From the IMG/VR virus record IMGVR_UViG_3300048819_000116, positions 1,570-65,569 of that record: DNA of 64,000 nucleotides, one strand, 5' to 3'. Below the pieces are notes generated by a model. It made no database searches, was not told where the DNA came from, and worked only from the letters and a program-made list of their open reading frames with translations. This document shows positions 1-8,685 of the stretch, one piece after another. This DNA comes from a virus. Its lineage: Duplodnaviria > Caudoviricetes. A program made the translations under genes and the position numbers. Every line of letters begins with the position of its first letter. The first letter of the stretch is position 1.

Positions 1-211
1 CGCGGGCCATCTCGTCGGCGTCATAGCCCCGGGAGAAGGCACCTTGGCCTTGTGGCAGTCGGTATGAGGACGTTGGTCCAGAGAAGGCTTGGATCGTCGA
101 TGTCAGAAAATATGGCCAGCCGCTCATGGGGCTAAACGCTGCGGCGCACTTTCCTCGAAAGCAAGAAGTTTTTCCGGCCAAGCCTCTTTTTCCCTGCGGG
201 CTTTCGGGGAG

Positions 212-634
212 TCATGGGGAGCGGTAGAGTGCGGACACCCGCTCCGCGTAGTCGCGCATCTCGGGCGGGCTCCACTTCTTCAAGATCACCCTGACGGCCC
301 CGCCCTCGCCCCCGTTCCAGCAGAGCGCAAGGTTGTAGGCCGACGGCTCCAGGCGCCTCTCCAGGAGCTCGTAGCGCAGCCGCACCAGCCGGGCGCGGGC
401 AACGATGTCCGAGTAGGCGTCGTTCTCGGCGTGGGCGAACGGCAGGCCGCCGGCATCCTCGTCCCATGCGGCGCGCGTCATCTGGTACTTGCCGCGTTCC
501 CCGTGAGATCCCCGACGGTGCGACCCGCGGACACGCTCGACCTGCGCGATGGCGGCCAGCAGGCGTGAGAGGTCCACCGCGTGGGCGGAGGGGAAGGCGG
601 GGACTACGATTGAAGGCGGAGGCGTCATGCTCAT
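212..634 (-). CDS. lysozyme-like muramidase/transglycosylase (i-type lysozyme/destabilase-like)
   Basis: AIAQVE (candidate catalytic Glu), GERGKYQMTRAAW and LALCWNGG motifs match lysozyme-like superfamily signatures. Confidence 0.65.
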   Translation of the reverse strand: MSMTPPPSIVVPAFPSAHAVDLSRLLAAIAQVERVRGSHRRGSHGERGKYQMTRAAWDEDAGGLPFAHAENDAYSDIVARARLVRLRYELLERRLEPSAYNLALCWNGGEGGAVRVILKKWSPPEMRDYAERVSALYRSP

Positions 635-966
635 TTCCCCTTGGCCGTCAGGCCGATGGCGCGGAGGATGAGGCGTGCCGCTATCTCGCTTCGGTCCTCA
701 ACCATCGTGTGAAGCATGGCCTCGCGTGAGTTGATAACCTTGGCGACCTTCTCAACCAACCCCTCCAGCGCCTCCTTGCTGTGGTCGATGACGAGGACGG
801 GGTGATAGCAGTTCTCCAGATACGTCGGCTGCTTTGGAACGCATTCCAAGATGGCCTTGGGATTCGTGCCGACAGAACCGGGCGACCATTTCGCCCACAT
901 CCTCACAGGCCGCCGCACCTTGGGGCGTTGGGGGTGGGGGGTCATTTGGCGTACTCCTTGTACCAC
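631..966 (-). CDS. hypothetical phage protein
   Basis: 4-nt overlap with the downstream gene; natural composition. Confidence 0.5.
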   Translation of the reverse strand: MVQGVRQMTPHPQRPKVRRPVRMWAKWSPGSVGTNPKAILECVPKQPTYLENCYHPVLVIDHSKEALEGLVEKVAKVINSREAMLHTMVEDRSEIAARLILRAIGLTAKGK

Positions 967-1142
967 GGGTTTTCGGCCTCTAGGCGGTCCTCTAGCTCCG
1001 TTACTTGCCCCTCGATCTTGCGGAAAAGATCGAACAGCGCCTCGGGGTCTTTGTCGCGCAGGGCGAAGTCCATAAAGCCGAGAGTGGCTTGGAAGTCGTC
1101 CGATTCGGATGAAGGGAGTGCGGGATTGCTCATAAAAATCAC
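942..1142 (-). CDS. small acidic coiled-coil hypothetical protein
   Basis: Coupled to neighbours in the leftward operon. Confidence 0.5.
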   Translation of the reverse strand: MIFMSNPALPSSESDDFQATLGFMDFALRDKDPEALFDLFRKIEGQVTELEDRLEAENPWYKEYAK

Positions 1143-1504
1143 CCCTTCCCCTTGTCGGCGTGGGCGGCGAGGAGGGCTAGGCAGGCGGCAGCGCAGAAGG
1201 TGGGGCCATGCCCTTCGTCCTCAAAAAAGGAACGACTATCAGCCTTCCAAACTTTCACCTCCCATTGCCAGCCGATCTTCTCGCGGTGCATCCGTTGTAT
1301 CTCAACCATCCCCTCCTTCTCCAGCAGCGCGATAACCGCGTTGGCGTCGTTGAGGTAGTCGGAGGGCGTGGTAATCATAACGGGGCTTCCATCCATGTAT
1401 TTCATCAACGGGTGTGCGTGGGGCTTCCACCCCGCCACGCGCTCCGCCACCATCGCATTCACCTGCGCATCCGGGGGCCCCGCGCTCGTCTCCTGCGGCG
1501 TCAT
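1139..1504 (-). CDS. phage ABA-sandwich-like protein
   Basis: NAMVAERVAGW...PSDYLNDANAVIALLEK...W.V...TFCAAACLALL pattern; start moved to ATG 1504 (ATGA overlap). Confidence 0.55.
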   Translation of the reverse strand: MTPQETSAGPPDAQVNAMVAERVAGWKPHAHPLMKYMDGSPVMITTPSDYLNDANAVIALLEKEGMVEIQRMHREKIGWQWEVKVWKADSRSFFEDEGHGPTFCAAACLALLAAHADKGKG

Positions 1505-1686
1505 GGCTTGGGCCTTGCGTAGTGGGTGACTGTGCATTCGTCGTGCATCAGGTAAACGCGCTTGCATGAGAAACAGGTTTCCTCGCGCTCATCTTCATCG
1601 AAGTCCTCGGCCTCAGCTTGATAGGCGTGACCGCAATATGGACAGATGACATTGCAATCATCGGATGTCTCATCTGGCTCATTCAC
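1501..1686 (-). CDS. small zinc-ribbon protein
   Basis: CPYC...CFSC; GTG 1686 overlaps the upstream stop; this is the 3' end of the track ORF 1501..2097. Confidence 0.6.
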   Translation of the reverse strand: MNEPDETSDDCNVICPYCGHAYQAEAEDFDEDEREETCFSCKRVYLMHDECTVTHYARPKP

Positions 1687-2144
1687 GCATCCCCCCTCTG
1701 GCCGCTCGCGGCGGCGGCGGACGTGTTCAGGGCCACGCAGTCTAATATGCCGTCCACAGTGTTGGTAGCTAAAATTCGGTGTGCTCTCTGGATCGTTCCA
1801 GTGACGTATTTCCCCTCCTGCGGTTGAGCGTCGAAAGCTATTTCCTCTAAAGCGGCGTGACGCACAGCCTCTTGGTGGGTGATGAGTTCCTTGAGGCTCG
1901 CGTTGTCCCTCTCCCCCGCCTCCACGCGTACCTGCAAGGCGGCGAGGGCGGTTTCGGCGGCGTGCTTCAACTCTTTGAGGCGGGTTATCTCGGAGCGGTA
2001 GGATAGGGCCTCCGCGTCCGTATTCTCTATAAGGCGACGATAAGACTCCTCGTGGTTGAAGGCTCTGCTGCGAGCCTCGGCCAGTTCCTTGCGGCACTCG
2101 TCAAGCTGCGACTGGAGGTGGGCGATTGTCTCTTGGGGGGTCAT
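1683..2144 (-). CDS. coiled-coil hypothetical protein
   Basis: Heptad pattern; coupled on both sides. Confidence 0.55.
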   Translation of the reverse strand: MTPQETIAHLQSQLDECRKELAEARSRAFNHEESYRRLIENTDAEALSYRSEITRLKELKHAAETALAALQVRVEAGERDNASLKELITHQEAVRHAALEEIAFDAQPQEGKYVTGTIQRAHRILATNTVDGILDCVALNTSAAAASGQRGDA

Positions 2145-2512
2145 GCTAGTTTGTCTCCGTGCATAAAGGGGCGTTTTGCGTTGTAAGCCATCTTCTCCAA
2201 GATCACTTCCCCCAGCGGAAGGTTGTAGGCCCCGGCGTAGTCAAGGATGCGAATGATCGTGTCTGCCAGCTCGCACACCTCCATTGAACGCTCAGGCAGA
2301 TGGTCGTCCTTGAGGTTCTTGCGCACGCCTTCTAGGCACTCAGAAAGCTCGGAGTGCATGAGGGCGATGCGCGACAGCTTCCAAGTCACGCCGGATGGAT
2401 TCGGCTCGTCCTTCCAGAAGCCGTGAGCCTCCGAGTTGCGGTGGGCGAGAACAGCAAGAATGTTGATCTCCTTCACGAAATTTGGGACCAGATCGAATTG
2501 TGTAGTGCTCAT
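2141..2512 (-). CDS. MazG-like NTP pyrophosphohydrolase
   Basis: IALMHSELSECLEG...ELADTIIRILDY (ExxE...ExxD helices). Confidence 0.8.
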   Translation of the reverse strand: MSTTQFDLVPNFVKEINILAVLAHRNSEAHGFWKDEPNPSGVTWKLSRIALMHSELSECLEGVRKNLKDDHLPERSMEVCELADTIIRILDYAGAYNLPLGEVILEKMAYNAKRPFMHGDKLA

Positions 2513-2518
2513 AAAGTG

Positions 2519-2758
2519 TTACTGCGCCTGCCCCCTTTCGCCGCTAACGGCGGGCGGGGTGGATCGGTTTACGCTGATGCAGTTGTCGGATCGCGCTGGT
2601 GCCGACATTGAAAGTTGAAACCTATTTGGGTAGAAGTCGCATTGCTTTCTTTCGGCCCACGAGTACCCGAAAGCGAGACAGCGTTTAATATGGACGCAAT
2701 CGGCGCAGGTGTAGCCTTCCGGCAACTTCATTGAATCAGTCTTTTTGTCGGCGCTCAC
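2519..2758 (-). CDS. Cys-rich hypothetical phage protein
   Basis: LPEGYTCADCVHIKRC...CDFYP; GTG start overlapping the upstream stop. Confidence 0.55.
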   Translation of the reverse strand: MSADKKTDSMKLPEGYTCADCVHIKRCLAFGYSWAERKQCDFYPNRFQLSMSAPARSDNCISVNRSTPPAVSGERGQAQ

Positions 2759-3183
2759 GGCTTCCCTCCAGCCAGGGCGGGCGCGAGCGAGGCAGCGTCG
2801 ATTGCGGCTCGGAGTGTGACGTAGCTTTTGGTTCCCACGCCGCCGCCGAATCCGCCAGCGCCAGAAACCTGATAGGGTATAAGCCAAACTTGGGTTTCGC
2901 AGTCCCAATACGGCGCGTTGTTGTCCAAGGTTTCACAAAGGCGAATGTATACATCCAGCCTCGCCTTGTCCGCCCTTAGCGACTCGACCTCGGCGGCGAG
3001 GGCGGCGCGGAGCTTGTCCACTTCGTTCGCTTCGTTCGCTTGCCGACCTTCTTGGGCGCGTAGTGCGGCAGTATGCTCGTCTAGAGCGCGGGTCTGTTCA
3101 CGCACTTGAATATCGGCACAGGTGCAGACGCCGTAAATAGCGCCTGAGTCTGTGGCTCTCGTGCAACCGGGATAGTGGCTCAT
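2755..3183 (-). CDS. hypothetical phage protein
   Basis: Coupled overlaps; C-terminal LRAAIDAA ending common in small phage early genes. Confidence 0.55.
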   Translation of the reverse strand: MSHYPGCTRATDSGAIYGVCTCADIQVREQTRALDEHTAALRAQEGRQANEANEVDKLRAALAAEVESLRADKARLDVYIRLCETLDNNAPYWDCETQVWLIPYQVSGAGGFGGGVGTKSYVTLRAAIDAASLAPALAGGKP

Positions 3184-3446
3184 TGCTCGCCACCCGCCCT
3201 TCCCGCTTCGCGCAGCGCGGTGAGTTCGGCCACGGCGGTATTGCGCTCATCGCACCATTGGCATTGCCACGCCTGTTCGTGCCCATCTCTTTTCTCGTTC
3301 GGGCACCTAGCCACATAGAGCAGCTCCCTCAACCGCTCGTTCTCGGCCCTAAGCGATTCGCGGTCGGAGTCGGCCTGCTTGAGCCGGGAGGCCAGGTCAG
3401 CTATCACCTGTCCGTCGTATTCGTTTTGTGGTCCGGTGATGCTCAT
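3180..3446 (-). CDS. hypothetical protein with CPxx...CxWC motif
   Basis: Coupled overlaps. Confidence 0.5.
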   Translation of the reverse strand: MSITGPQNEYDGQVIADLASRLKQADSDRESLRAENERLRELLYVARCPNEKRDGHEQAWQCQWCDERNTAVAELTALREAGRAGGEQ

Positions 3447-3985
3447 ATTTTCTTTGGGCTGTTAGGCGGTGACTTGATGTCGTCCAAGGCGGCTTGAGCA
3501 ATGATGCCTTTTCCTACGTCGTAGGCTGACATTAGCTTCACCAGCGCGACGGCTCGGCTGGCGTGAATAGCGCCCTGCGACCAGAGCACGCGGTCCACGG
3601 CGTTGATTACTCCCTCCAACGAGAACACGCGGTCTTGGGCATGCTCACGCTGCTTGGCAAGTAGGCCGATGCGGACAGCCACGGTCCAGTCGCCCACGAA
3701 GTCTGGAAAGTGCGCGGTATCAATCTCGGCCTCGTCGAGCGCCGTCAGGCAGTTCTCGATCTTCTGCTCAAGTAACTTGAATGCCGCCAAGTAGGTGTCG
3801 CGCTCCTTCTCCAACGCCCCCACCGCCTGCGACACCGCTTGGCGGGTGTGGGCCTGAATCTCAGGAGCAAAATCAGGCAGCGAACCCGTGTGGCCCGTGA
3901 ACTCACGAACCCTTGCGTCGATTAGGTTGGCTAAGGCGGCGTCGCCGTCCGTCGCGGCTGGCGGGGGGGTGGGGGTGTTGCTCAT
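3443..3985 (-). CDS. hypothetical phage protein
   Basis: Coupled overlap; upstream GGAGGAG ribosome-binding-like site. Confidence 0.55.
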   Translation of the reverse strand: MSNTPTPPPAATDGDAALANLIDARVREFTGHTGSLPDFAPEIQAHTRQAVSQAVGALEKERDTYLAAFKLLEQKIENCLTALDEAEIDTAHFPDFVGDWTVAVRIGLLAKQREHAQDRVFSLEGVINAVDRVLWSQGAIHASRAVALVKLMSAYDVGKGIIAQAALDDIKSPPNSPKKI

Positions 3986-4104
3986 TTTGTTCTCCTCCTC
4001 TTTGGTTGTCTCCCTTGCAGCCCCGCCAGCATCTCCCGCAGGCTCTCGGCCTCCGCTAGTACGCGGCGGGCGGTGAGGAGGAACTTGCGGTGTGCGCGGG
4101 TCAT
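3982..4104 (-). CDS. 40-aa basic peptide (not in ORF track)
   Basis: MTRAHRKFLLTARRVLAEAESLREMLAG...; ATGA overlaps at both ends. Confidence 0.45.
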   Translation of the reverse strand: MTRAHRKFLLTARRVLAEAESLREMLAGLQGRQPKRRRTK

Positions 4105-4265
4105 GGCTTCCTGGCCGACGCTGCCGGCTGCGTGGTCCCGTCCGCCTTGAAGTGGTCGCCGAGGATGTGGTTAAGCTGCTTCACCAAGCTGCGCCCGTTC
4201 ACGTTGGCGGAAATGGCCAGCGCCTTTTGGTTTTCCCTGGTAAGGGCGATACGGTATTTGCTCAT
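4101..4265 (-). CDS. Arc-like ribbon-helix-helix DNA-binding protein, 54 aa (not in ORF track)
   Basis: MSKYRIALTRENQKALAISANVNGRSLVKQLNHIL: beta strand followed by the A..NGRS Arc/Mnt signature. Confidence 0.65.
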   Translation of the reverse strand: MSKYRIALTRENQKALAISANVNGRSLVKQLNHILGDHFKADGTTQPAASARKP

Positions 4266-4292
4266 GTGGGGCAGTATTTGGCCAGCTTTTGG

Positions 4293-4508
4293 CTAGTGGC
4301 AAGCGGATTCCGCGGGCTCCCCTAGGAGCTCCGCCATCGCCTTCTGGCAGCACGCCGGGCAGAGCCCGTGCGTCACGGGGACGGCTGGCTCCCTGGCCGC
4401 GAACGCCTCGACCTCGGCGCGGCCGGGGCAGGCGCTGCACACGCGGATGAGGAGCGTCCCGTGGGCGAGCTTGAAGCCGAGGAAGGCCGAGTTGAAGGCG
4501 GGGGTCAT
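4293..4508 (-). CDS. small zinc-binding protein
   Basis: RVCSAC...THGLCPAC; start moved to ATG 4508. Confidence 0.6.
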   Translation of the reverse strand: MTPAFNSAFLGFKLAHGTLLIRVCSACPGRAEVEAFAAREPAVPVTHGLCPACCQKAMAELLGEPAESACH

Positions 4509-4897
4509 TTGATGAACAGCGCGGCGATCTCGGCATCCACGTCCAGCGGGAGGTTGCGGCGGGCGGGGGCAACCAGCGAATGCAGGGCAGCGACCATGGA
4601 GGCCATGGGGAACTGCTGCTTTGTGTACCACCAGCGCAAGGGGTAGATTGGGTAATTCGGAGGGAGCTTGCCGCGTCGCTGCCACCACGAGAGGGCGGCG
4701 TATTCGACGACGGCCTTCGTGTACTCCTCACACTTCTTCGTGTGCTCGTCGATGAGCTCGGTGTCGTACCGCTTAGCTTCCTCCCATTTCTTCGCCTCCT
4801 CCGCGTTCCACTCACCGGCCAGCTTCTCCAGTTCGGTGATCTTGTCCTCGACGGCGCGCAGCCATTTGCGGGAAGGTTCCAGGTGTACGGTGCTCAT
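4505..4897 (-). CDS. hypothetical protein
   Basis: ATG 4897 overlaps the upstream stop. Confidence 0.5.
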   Translation of the reverse strand: MSTVHLEPSRKWLRAVEDKITELEKLAGEWNAEEAKKWEEAKRYDTELIDEHTKKCEEYTKAVVEYAALSWWQRRGKLPPNYPIYPLRWWYTKQQFPMASMVAALHSLVAPARRNLPLDVDAEIAALFIK

Positions 4898-5619
4898 GCG
4901 CCCTTCCCCGCGTTTTTGGAGGCGTCGATGGCGGCGAGCGTCTCCGTTGCGATGCGGCATGAATTGGAATGCGTTTTATACATCGGGTTGCCGATAGACA
5001 TTTCACAGAAGCATTGGCCCTCTCCCGAATACTTTTGCGCTAAAAGGGCGAATCGCAGCCGCGCCTTGTCCTCCCTGAGCGCCTCACATTCGGCGGAAAG
5101 GGCGGCGAGCTTGGCACGCAACTCTTTCAAATAAAGACCGCCAGCCCCGTTTACTATCGCATCGACATTCTCAGCCCTCGCCCGCTCCGCGTCAGCGCGT
5201 GCCGTGGCGAGTTGTGCGCGAAGGGCGTCCACCGGATAAAGAGCCGCCATTGACAGGACTTCGCTGTAATCCGACAGGCGCTTGGGTTCGGTGGTCAGGG
5301 GGTCCATCACCGTTCCGTTAGCGAGCAGAAGGACCGAATGGATCATGCTGGTTTTCACCTCGCATTCATGCAGGTCTGCCCACGGGGCCAGCGGCCACGG
5401 ATCGCGCTTCTGGTTGCCCGGTTGCATCGTCCCCCACTTGCGCTGAACAGCCCATCCGTTCTCGGAAATCGTCTGGTCCCAAACGTCACAGTAATAGGAG
5501 TGGCTGCGGCCTGTTTCACCTCCGAGCTTTTCGCAGGCTTCCTCGTAGGAGATTCCAAGGACCATAGCCAACGTCGCCGGAAGGCACCCAAGCGGGTCTT
5601 GCTGTAGAACGTGCTTCAC
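4894..5619 (-). CDS. papain-fold (peptidase C39-like) domain protein with coiled-coil C-terminus
   Basis: HVLQQDPLGCLPATLAMVLG (Q...C dyad region) and IHSVLL...VMDP (His/Asp); GTG 5619. Confidence 0.55.
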   Translation of the reverse strand: MKHVLQQDPLGCLPATLAMVLGISYEEACEKLGGETGRSHSYYCDVWDQTISENGWAVQRKWGTMQPGNQKRDPWPLAPWADLHECEVKTSMIHSVLLLANGTVMDPLTTEPKRLSDYSEVLSMAALYPVDALRAQLATARADAERARAENVDAIVNGAGGLYLKELRAKLAALSAECEALREDKARLRFALLAQKYSGEGQCFCEMSIGNPMYKTHSNSCRIATETLAAIDASKNAGKGA

Positions 5620-5927
5620 GACTCCCCACCCCTTTCGCCAGAGCGCAGGGCGGCGAGTTGGGATTCGGCCTGTCCACCTCGTTCCAGCAACGGCTTCGCT
5701 TCCGCGATCCAAGCGTTGACCTTGACTAGCGTTTCAGCCGCCCCGGGCTCGTTCTTCTCGCTCAAACTTTTCGCAGCGTAGGGGCGGTCCGCAACGTCGG
5801 GTTTCAAGAGCCAATGGGCGACGACGCCAAGCGTCTCGTCGAATCCCAGCCCGTCCGAGAGGAAGTCATGGCCAGCGACCGAATAGTAGCCGTCGGCCCC
5901 CTGCGTGATGATGATCGTTCGGCTCAT
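5616..5927 (-). CDS. hypothetical protein
   Basis: ATG 5927; coupled to the downstream gene. Confidence 0.45.
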   Translation of the reverse strand: MSRTIIITQGADGYYSVAGHDFLSDGLGFDETLGVVAHWLLKPDVADRPYAAKSLSEKNEPGAAETLVKVNAWIAEAKPLLERGGQAESQLAALRSGERGGES

Positions 5928-5928
5928 G

Positions 5929-6009
5929 TCAGAAGGCCCACGCCATCGCCGCGCCGATAAGGGCGCCGCAGAGGCAGCAGATTGCCAGGTCAATGAGGCG
6001 GTTTTTCAT
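5929..6009 (-). CDS. 26-aa membrane peptide
   Basis: MKNRLIDLAICCLCGALIGAAMAWAF; ATGA overlap. Confidence 0.45.
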   Translation of the reverse strand: MKNRLIDLAICCLCGALIGAAMAWAF

Positions 6010-6317
6010 GGCAGTACGAATCTCTGGATTGCCGCCCTTTCGTTCAGGTAGCGACAGCGGGCGGCGGCATAGACCTTCTTCCACTCCTCGTCGCTCCATG
6101 TGGCCTCCCACGCCGAATAGTCCGCGCTCACGTCGGCGTAGCGGAAGGCCCCACTGGCGACAGCCGACAGAACGTGGCGCATGGGCCAGCTGATGAGGAC
6201 ATGGCCGTGGTACGGCTTGTGGCGAAACCACACGTAGCCGCCCGCGACGGCGTGCCTCGTGAACTCGCCGAACGACCCGAAGCGCCGGCCTTGGATGTAT
6301 TTGCGGGGTGGTTTCAT
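6006..6317 (-). CDS. hypothetical protein
   Basis: ATG 6317 overlaps the upstream stop. Confidence 0.5.
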   Translation of the reverse strand: MKPPRKYIQGRRFGSFGEFTRHAVAGGYVWFRHKPYHGHVLISWPMRHVLSAVASGAFRYADVSADYSAWEATWSDEEWKKVYAAARCRYLNERAAIQRFVLP

Positions 6318-6541
6318 GCCGGTACGCTGCCCCCCGCCTTCCACTGTCGGTGCTGCTGGCTGTGGGCCACTTTCTGCCTGTCGGAGTTCGGATTCACGTT
6401 CACGGTGACGCCGTTAAAGACGAAGCGGCCCTTGCACCCGAATTGCCGTGCGTAGGCGATTGCCGCGTCCACCGCCTCGCCGATCTCGGACCCTGCCGGC
6501 GCGTACATCGTGAAGGCGTGGATTGGGAAGCGGGATTTCAC
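6314..6541 (-). CDS. hypothetical protein
   Basis: GTG 6541 in a GTGA overlap. Confidence 0.5.
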   Translation of the reverse strand: MKSRFPIHAFTMYAPAGSEIGEAVDAAIAYARQFGCKGRFVFNGVTVNVNPNSDRQKVAHSQQHRQWKAGGSVPA

Positions 6542-6714
6542 GGCGTGTTCCCCTTCCTTTGCATCCACCTCCACCTCGCCGTAGCACGCTCCATCTGGGC
6601 GAGCAGGCTGTCCGATGTCGCAAGCTGGCGGGGAGGCACGCGAAGGGCCAGGGCGGTGAGCGATTCGCGCTCGGCGCGGTTCCTGGCGGCGATGCGGGCG
6701 TGTGCGGCGCTCAT
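6538..6714 (-). CDS. small hypothetical protein
   Basis: ATGA overlap. Confidence 0.4.
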   Translation of the reverse strand: MSAAHARIAARNRAERESLTALALRVPPRQLATSDSLLAQMERATARWRWMQRKGNTP

Positions 6715-7505
6715 GGGGCGGCGGCTCCGGCCTTTTCCTCTGCGGCGCACCTCTCGATGTCGGCCATTGCGACCTCGTTTGTCTCAAAGAAACGAACGGG
6801 CGAGACTTGGATCGGACTCGATGCATGGCAAATCTGCATGGCCGCAAAGAGTGTTGAACTGGCATCTTCAAGGGCCTTGCCGCGAGCGCCAGCGAGGAAC
6901 ACAACCCACCCGGCGCGGCAATGCGTTGTCTCGCATGTGTGCCAGTTGCCCATGTCGAGTTTGTTGCCGTTGTCGGTCACGGCGGCGAGGACTGTTGAAT
7001 GCAGGCGCGGGATCACCGGAACGTCGAACCAAGACTTGCCGTGTTCGCCTGCCTTTTGGCCGTTCAGGTCACGCTTGCCGGAGCAGCGGGAGCAGTCGGA
7101 GCAGTCGGAGCAGCCGTAGCAGTCGGAGCAGTCGGAGCAGCCGTAGCAGTCGGAGCAGTCGGAGCAGTCGGAGCAGTCGTAGCAGTCGGAGCAGTCGGAG
7201 CAGCCGTAGCAGTCGGAGCAGTCGGAGCAGTCGGAGCAGTCGTAGCAGTCGGAGCAGTCGGAGCAGCGGGAGCAGTCGGAGCAGTCGGAGCAGCCGTAGC
7301 AGTCGGAGCAGTCGGAGCAGCCGGAGCAGTCGGAGCAGCCGTAGCAGTCGGAGCAGCGGGTTAAATTCCAGCAACCCCTGTTGCTGGAATTTTCTTTCGC
7401 GTAGCCGGGATGCTGGTCGGCAAACGCCTGCGAAACGCCGTTGGCGTCGCGGTCCTCGCGGTTACAGAAGGCCGAATAGTCGGCGAATACTTGTGTTTTG
7501 TTCAT
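6711..7505 (-). CDS. Cys-triplet repeat protein with C-terminal LDMxxWH-C-TTHCRAGW domain
   Basis: 31 consecutive C-x-x units; start moved to MNKTQVF (7505). Confidence 0.75.
   Translation of the reverse strand: MNKTQVFADYSAFCNREDRDANGVSQAFADQHPGYAKENSSNRGCWNLTRCSDCYGCSDCSGCSDCSDCYGCSDCSDCSRCSDCSDCYDCSDCSDCSDCYGCSDCSDCYDCSDCSDCSDCYGCSDCSDCYGCSDCSDCSRCSGKRDLNGQKAGEHGKSWFDVPVIPRLHSTVLAAVTDNGNKLDMGNWHTCETTHCRAGWVVFLAGARGKALEDASSTLFAAMQICHASSPIQVSPVRFFETNEVAMADIERCAAEEKAGAAAP
7077..7355 (-). repeat. 9-bp tandem repeat, 31 units (consensus TGCTCCGAC; variants TGCTACGGC, TGCTACGAC, TGCTCCCGC, TGCTCCGGC)
   Basis: Directly visible; 279 bp, frame-preserving. Confidence 0.97.
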
Positions 7506-7527
7506 TGGATGGAAGGGGTGATTGGGG

Positions 7528-7860
7528 TCATGGGGAAGGCTCCGCCTTCGCGATCGCGGCATCAATTACAGCCAGCGTGGCCAGTTCTCCGTAACGGCCA
7601 CAATAGGAGGCGCCGGCCAGTTCCTCGAGGCGCGCCTTGGCCACCCTGAGCGCGGCCAGGCAGGCGTCGCGGGCCTCGAGCTCGCGGGCAACGGACTTCC
7701 TCACGCGGTCCGCATGGAAGCTGTCGAGGCAGGCATGGCTGAGGCTGAAAAGGCCCCATTCGTGGCCGTACTCATAGGAGCGCGTCTCGTAGGAGCACAG
7801 CTTGAGCATCTCGGCCAGCGTGGGAACCGTGTCGGGTGGGCGCTCGCTGGAGGCGGTCAT
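7528..7860 (-). CDS. hypothetical phage protein
   Basis: Coupled overlap; ends IDAAIAKAE. Confidence 0.5.
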   Translation of the reverse strand: MTASSERPPDTVPTLAEMLKLCSYETRSYEYGHEWGLFSLSHACLDSFHADRVRKSVARELEARDACLAALRVAKARLEELAGASYCGRYGELATLAVIDAAIAKAEPSP

Positions 7861-8327
7861 GGGTCCAATGATTCGCGGCCTGTCTTAACACGCCCGCCGG
7901 TGATTACCATGGAGGGACACCAGCCTTCCTTCACGATCGCTTCGGCTTGGGCGCGTGTCCACTTCTCGGTTGACCCCTCCTCGCCGTCGGTCGAGCCGAC
8001 GTTTACAAGGTGGTCGATCAATTCCTCTGCGGTCGCAAACGCCGGGGTGCAGGGTGTGCCCTCGGTCACGCTCTCGTAAAGCTGCCACCAGTCGAGCGGC
8101 TTGCCCTCGTACTGCGTGTAGTCGTCCTTTATCGGGCCGCCGCCGTGGTGCTCCAGGGCTTCGCCCAGGCCCATCTCCTTGATGGCGGCCGCGAACTCGG
8201 CCAAGTGGCGGTCGTAGTCGTCGAAAAGCGGGATGAAGGTGCCCACGCGGTCGCGGTAGGTGGCCGTGTCCCGCGTGTAACGCGGATGCTGCCAATGGGC
8301 CGGAACCCTGCGGATCTCGCGGCTCAT
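7857..8327 (-). CDS. conserved hypothetical phage protein (MSREIRRVPxxWxHP type)
   Basis: Typical N-terminus and WWQLYESVTEGTP.TPAF motif; start moved to 8327. Confidence 0.6.
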   Translation of the reverse strand: MSREIRRVPAHWQHPRYTRDTATYRDRVGTFIPLFDDYDRHLAEFAAAIKEMGLGEALEHHGGGPIKDDYTQYEGKPLDWWQLYESVTEGTPCTPAFATAEELIDHLVNVGSTDGEEGSTEKWTRAQAEAIVKEGWCPSMVITGGRVKTGRESLDP

Positions 8328-8617
8328 GCCGTGCCTCCCGTGGCCTTGGCGATGCGGTTCTCCGCGACGGCGATTGTCCTGGCTGCGGCCATGTTGGTTT
8401 CCGGGTTTGCGCACGCCTCGCGGTAGCATTCCAGAAGCTCCTTCATGCCCTCCAGCAACTCCGGCGCGGCGGCGATCAGGCGGGCGTTAGCTTCTCTTTC
8501 GTCATCATTCAGGCGATCGGTACAGGTGCAGATGCGCATTGATCCTTTCTTATCAGGAATAACTTCGCCCCCAACAGCCATCCACGGCCCCGCCGTGTGT
8601 TTTGTTTGTGTGCTCAT
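8324..8617 (-). CDS. hypothetical phage protein (HTxGPW...ANARLIAAAPELL family)
   Basis: Widespread phage motif. Confidence 0.7.
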   Translation of the reverse strand: MSTQTKHTAGPWMAVGGEVIPDKKGSMRICTCTDRLNDDEREANARLIAAAPELLEGMKELLECYREACANPETNMAAARTIAVAENRIAKATGGTA

Positions 8618-8685
8618 GTTGTTTTGTCCCAGCCGGCCCGCGCCCTTTCAAGGGGTTTCGTCGCGGCTCCGACTAGGGAAGGGGG

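Noticed and set aside
7077-7355. Possible CRISPR array or DGR variable region
   Set aside because: The units are contiguous 9-mers with no spacers; there is no reverse transcriptase or template repeat, and the variation is not adenine-specific.
6308-7594. Long + strand ORF (SSRSSR...) and poly-Leu/Arg or VGA ORFs over the 9-bp array
   Set aside because: These are stop-free shadows of the tandem repeat; the Cys frame has unique flanking domains and is coupled to the operon.
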